Source: Actinomycetes bacterium (lineage in GTDB: Bacteria > Actinomycetota > Acidimicrobiia > Acidimicrobiales > Poriferisodalaceae). Taken from it: 44,152 nucleotides of DNA. The stretch covers positions 1 to 44,152 of the forward strand of contig JAAETH010000310.1 in assembly GCA_024228575.1 (NCBI GenBank). The letters run 5' to 3'. Numbering within the stretch: the first letter of the stretch is position 1; each line of letters opens with the position of its first letter. The notes beneath the pieces are model-generated. The model made no database searches. It saw only the letters and a program-made list of their open reading frames with translations, and was not told the origin of the DNA. Position numbers and translations under genes: made by a program. Of the stretch, positions 42,618 through 44,152 are shown piece by piece.

Positions 42618-43751
42618 ATGACTTCCTCGCCACTGAGTGGCATCACGGTCGTTTCGGTCGAGCAGGCCGTCGCCGCGCCCCTGTGTACTGCTCGCCTCGC
42701 CGACGCGGGCGCCCGGGTGATCAAGATCGAGCGCGATTCCGGCGACTTTGCCCGCGGCTACGACGTGGCTGCGGCGGGCGACAGTTCCTATTTCGCATGG
42801 GCGAATCACGGTAAGGAGTCGGTTGTCCTCAACATCGACGCGCCCGACGACGCCGAGTTGCTGGAGCGCCTCGCCGGTGCCGCCGACGTGTTCGTCCAGA
42901 ATCTGGCTCCCGGTGCGCTCGCCCGCAGGGGTTTTGGTGCCGACGACCTGCGAAGTCGGTACCCCCGGCTCGTCACCCTCGACATCTCTGGATATGGCGA
43001 GACGCCCCCGTTCGACAGGAAGCGAGCCTACGACCTGCTGGTGCAGGCCGAGAGTGGTCTCGTGTCGGTATCGGGTGGCCCCGGCGAGCTTGGTCGTATC
43101 GGTATCTCGTTGTGCGACATCGGGTGTGGGGTAACCGCCCACGCTGCTGTGCTCGAGGCTCTGGTCGAGCGTTCGGTGTCGGGGGTTGGGGCCTCACTCG
43201 CGGTGTCCCTGTTCGACGTCGCGGCCGAGTGGATGACGGTTCCCCTGTCGCTACACGAGGGTGCCCATGCTGGTCCCGAACGTTTGGGACTGCGGCATCC
43301 CTCCATTGCCCCGTACGGCGCGTTTGTTACCGCCGAGGGCTCACTCACCCTCATCGCCGTGCAGAACGAGCGCGAGTGGCTTCGTCTGTGTGACGAGGTG
43401 CTCGGCGACGCGGCGCTGGCTTGTGATCCCCGGTTCGACTCGAACGTGAACCGTGTGGCCAATCGTCGGGACCTCGAGGACCACATGGGCCGGGTTGTCG
43501 CCTCTTTTGGGCGTGACGACTTTTGCGACCGTCTCGCAGCGGCCTCGATTGCGTTCGGTGCCGTCAGCAGCCTCGATGATCTGGCTCGCCATCCAGCCCT
43601 CAGGCGCCGCGCGGTGATCGCCAGCGGAGGTGAGGCGGCATCACTACCCGCCCACCCTGTGCGTTGGTCTGGTGTGTCGCCCAGTTCGCACCCTGCGGTC
43701 CCAAAGGTGGGGCAACACACCGAGGCGATACGAGCGGAGTTTTGGGGCTAG
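42618..43751 (+). CDS. Family III CoA-transferase (CaiB/BaiF)
   Basis: 377 aa. N-terminus 'LSGITVVSVEQAVAAPLCTARLADAGARVIKIE' is the hallmark start of family III CoA-transferases. The conserved Asp region 'GYDLLVQAESGL' is present. Confidence 0.85.
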   Translation: MTSSPLSGITVVSVEQAVAAPLCTARLADAGARVIKIERDSGDFARGYDVAAAGDSSYFAWANHGKESVVLNIDAPDDAELLERLAGAADVFVQNLAPGALARRGFGADDLRSRYPRLVTLDISGYGETPPFDRKRAYDLLVQAESGLVSVSGGPGELGRIGISLCDIGCGVTAHAAVLEALVERSVSGVGASLAVSLFDVAAEWMTVPLSLHEGAHAGPERLGLRHPSIAPYGAFVTAEGSLTLIAVQNEREWLRLCDEVLGDAALACDPRFDSNVNRVANRRDLEDHMGRVVASFGRDDFCDRLAAASIAFGAVSSLDDLARHPALRRRAVIASGGEAASLPAHPVRWSGVSPSSHPAVPKVGQHTEAIRAEFWG

Positions 43752-44040
43752 ATGATTGGTTCCAAGGGGTGATGGGTTGGCGTGGGTCGCGTGTGTCCAT
43801 CGCTTGGAGCTTGCGAGCACCCAGGATCGGGGGTGTTCAAGACATCGCTCTGATCACCCATGTCGGCCTCGATATTGGCGGCATCACCCTCGTCCGTTCC
43901 ACTACTCACAGTGAGACGTCGCAACCTGGTCAACACGCTCTAGGAGCGTGGCGCCAGACCATCGGGTTGATCTTTGACACCCTCGAGGACCAATTTGGCC
44001 TCGAACGCCACGGGGGGTGTTCCTGTCTTGTTGTCAAGCG

Positions 44041-44152
44041 GCAATTTGAAGGTTCTTGGCGATGGGTTGCCGGTAGGTCGTCTCGTTTTTGAGCATGGCG
44101 AGGATGAGGTCGCAGCGTCGTCGGGCGACGCAGATGACGGCCGCGTTGTGCT
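44041..44152 (-). CDS. 3' end of an ORF running off the window (unknown; possibly mobile-element/transposase-like)
   Basis: The minus-strand frame reads '...HNAAVICVARRRCDLILAMLKNETTYRQPIAKNLQIAA*' with the stop near 44041. It lies in the lower-GC tail of the window. Identity cannot be established from 37 aa. Confidence 0.25.

Noticed and set aside
1-44152. tRNA, rRNA, CRISPR repeats, riboswitch-like leaders
   Set aside because: I scanned for T-psi-C-like GGTTCGAATCC words, regularly spaced short repeats and long structured 5' leaders, and found none that held up. The tandem repeats present are intragenic or a single 2-copy intergenic unit, not a CRISPR array.

Overview
This 44.1-kb window is high-GC (roughly mid-60s %) bacterial chromosomal DNA with an actinobacterial flavour: frequent GTG/TTG starts, ATGA/TGATG stop-start overlaps, a mycothiol-type DinB_2/TIGR03084 protein, an ini-like operon and a mycobacterial-type SOS box. 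I call 34 protein-coding genes, one of them a truncated ORF at the window edge that may be transposase-like. I saw no rRNA, tRNA or CRISPR array. The rest of the six-frame track is treated as antisense or alternate-frame ORFs of the kind high GC generates.

The centre of the window is an 18.6-kb run of genes all on the minus strand (29972 down to 11325). Its core is a membrane-organisation/remodelling super-cluster:
- an NfeD-like protein, then a YqiK/flotillin-like SPFH protein, then a 1612-aa uncharacterised protein carrying a C-terminal AAA_5 (MoxR/McrB/dynein-type) ATPase module, all linked by overlapping stop/start codons;
- then an SDR, a DUF2892 protein and a CBS-pair protein;
- then an iniBAC-like operon: a very acidic Asp/Thr-rich tandem-repeat protein in the IniB position, followed by IniA-like and IniC-like dynamin-family GTPases;
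- converging on this run is a LAL-type (AAA + LuxR) regulator resembling mycobacterial IniR, preceded by a membrane-anchored Hsp70-like protein with an extracytoplasmic C-terminal domain and by MalQ.

Also in the window:
- A short YjjI-family glycyl-radical enzyme with its YjjW-type radical-SAM activase.
- A dinB gene with an actinobacterial LexA/SOS box overlapping its start, and tpx.
- A catabolic block: MBL hydrolase, two GATase1/C26 amidohydrolases, kynureninase, FAD oxidase, VOC protein and a family III CoA-transferase.

The non-coding signals worth a second look are a hairpin plus U-tract attenuator between the iniB-like and iniA-like genes, a 51-bp tandem repeat between iniA-like and iniC-like, a G-run-rich palindromic promoter region upstream of the ini-like operon, a tandem direct-repeat operator candidate in the yjjI/ridA divergent promoter, and a lower-GC tail at the 3' end.
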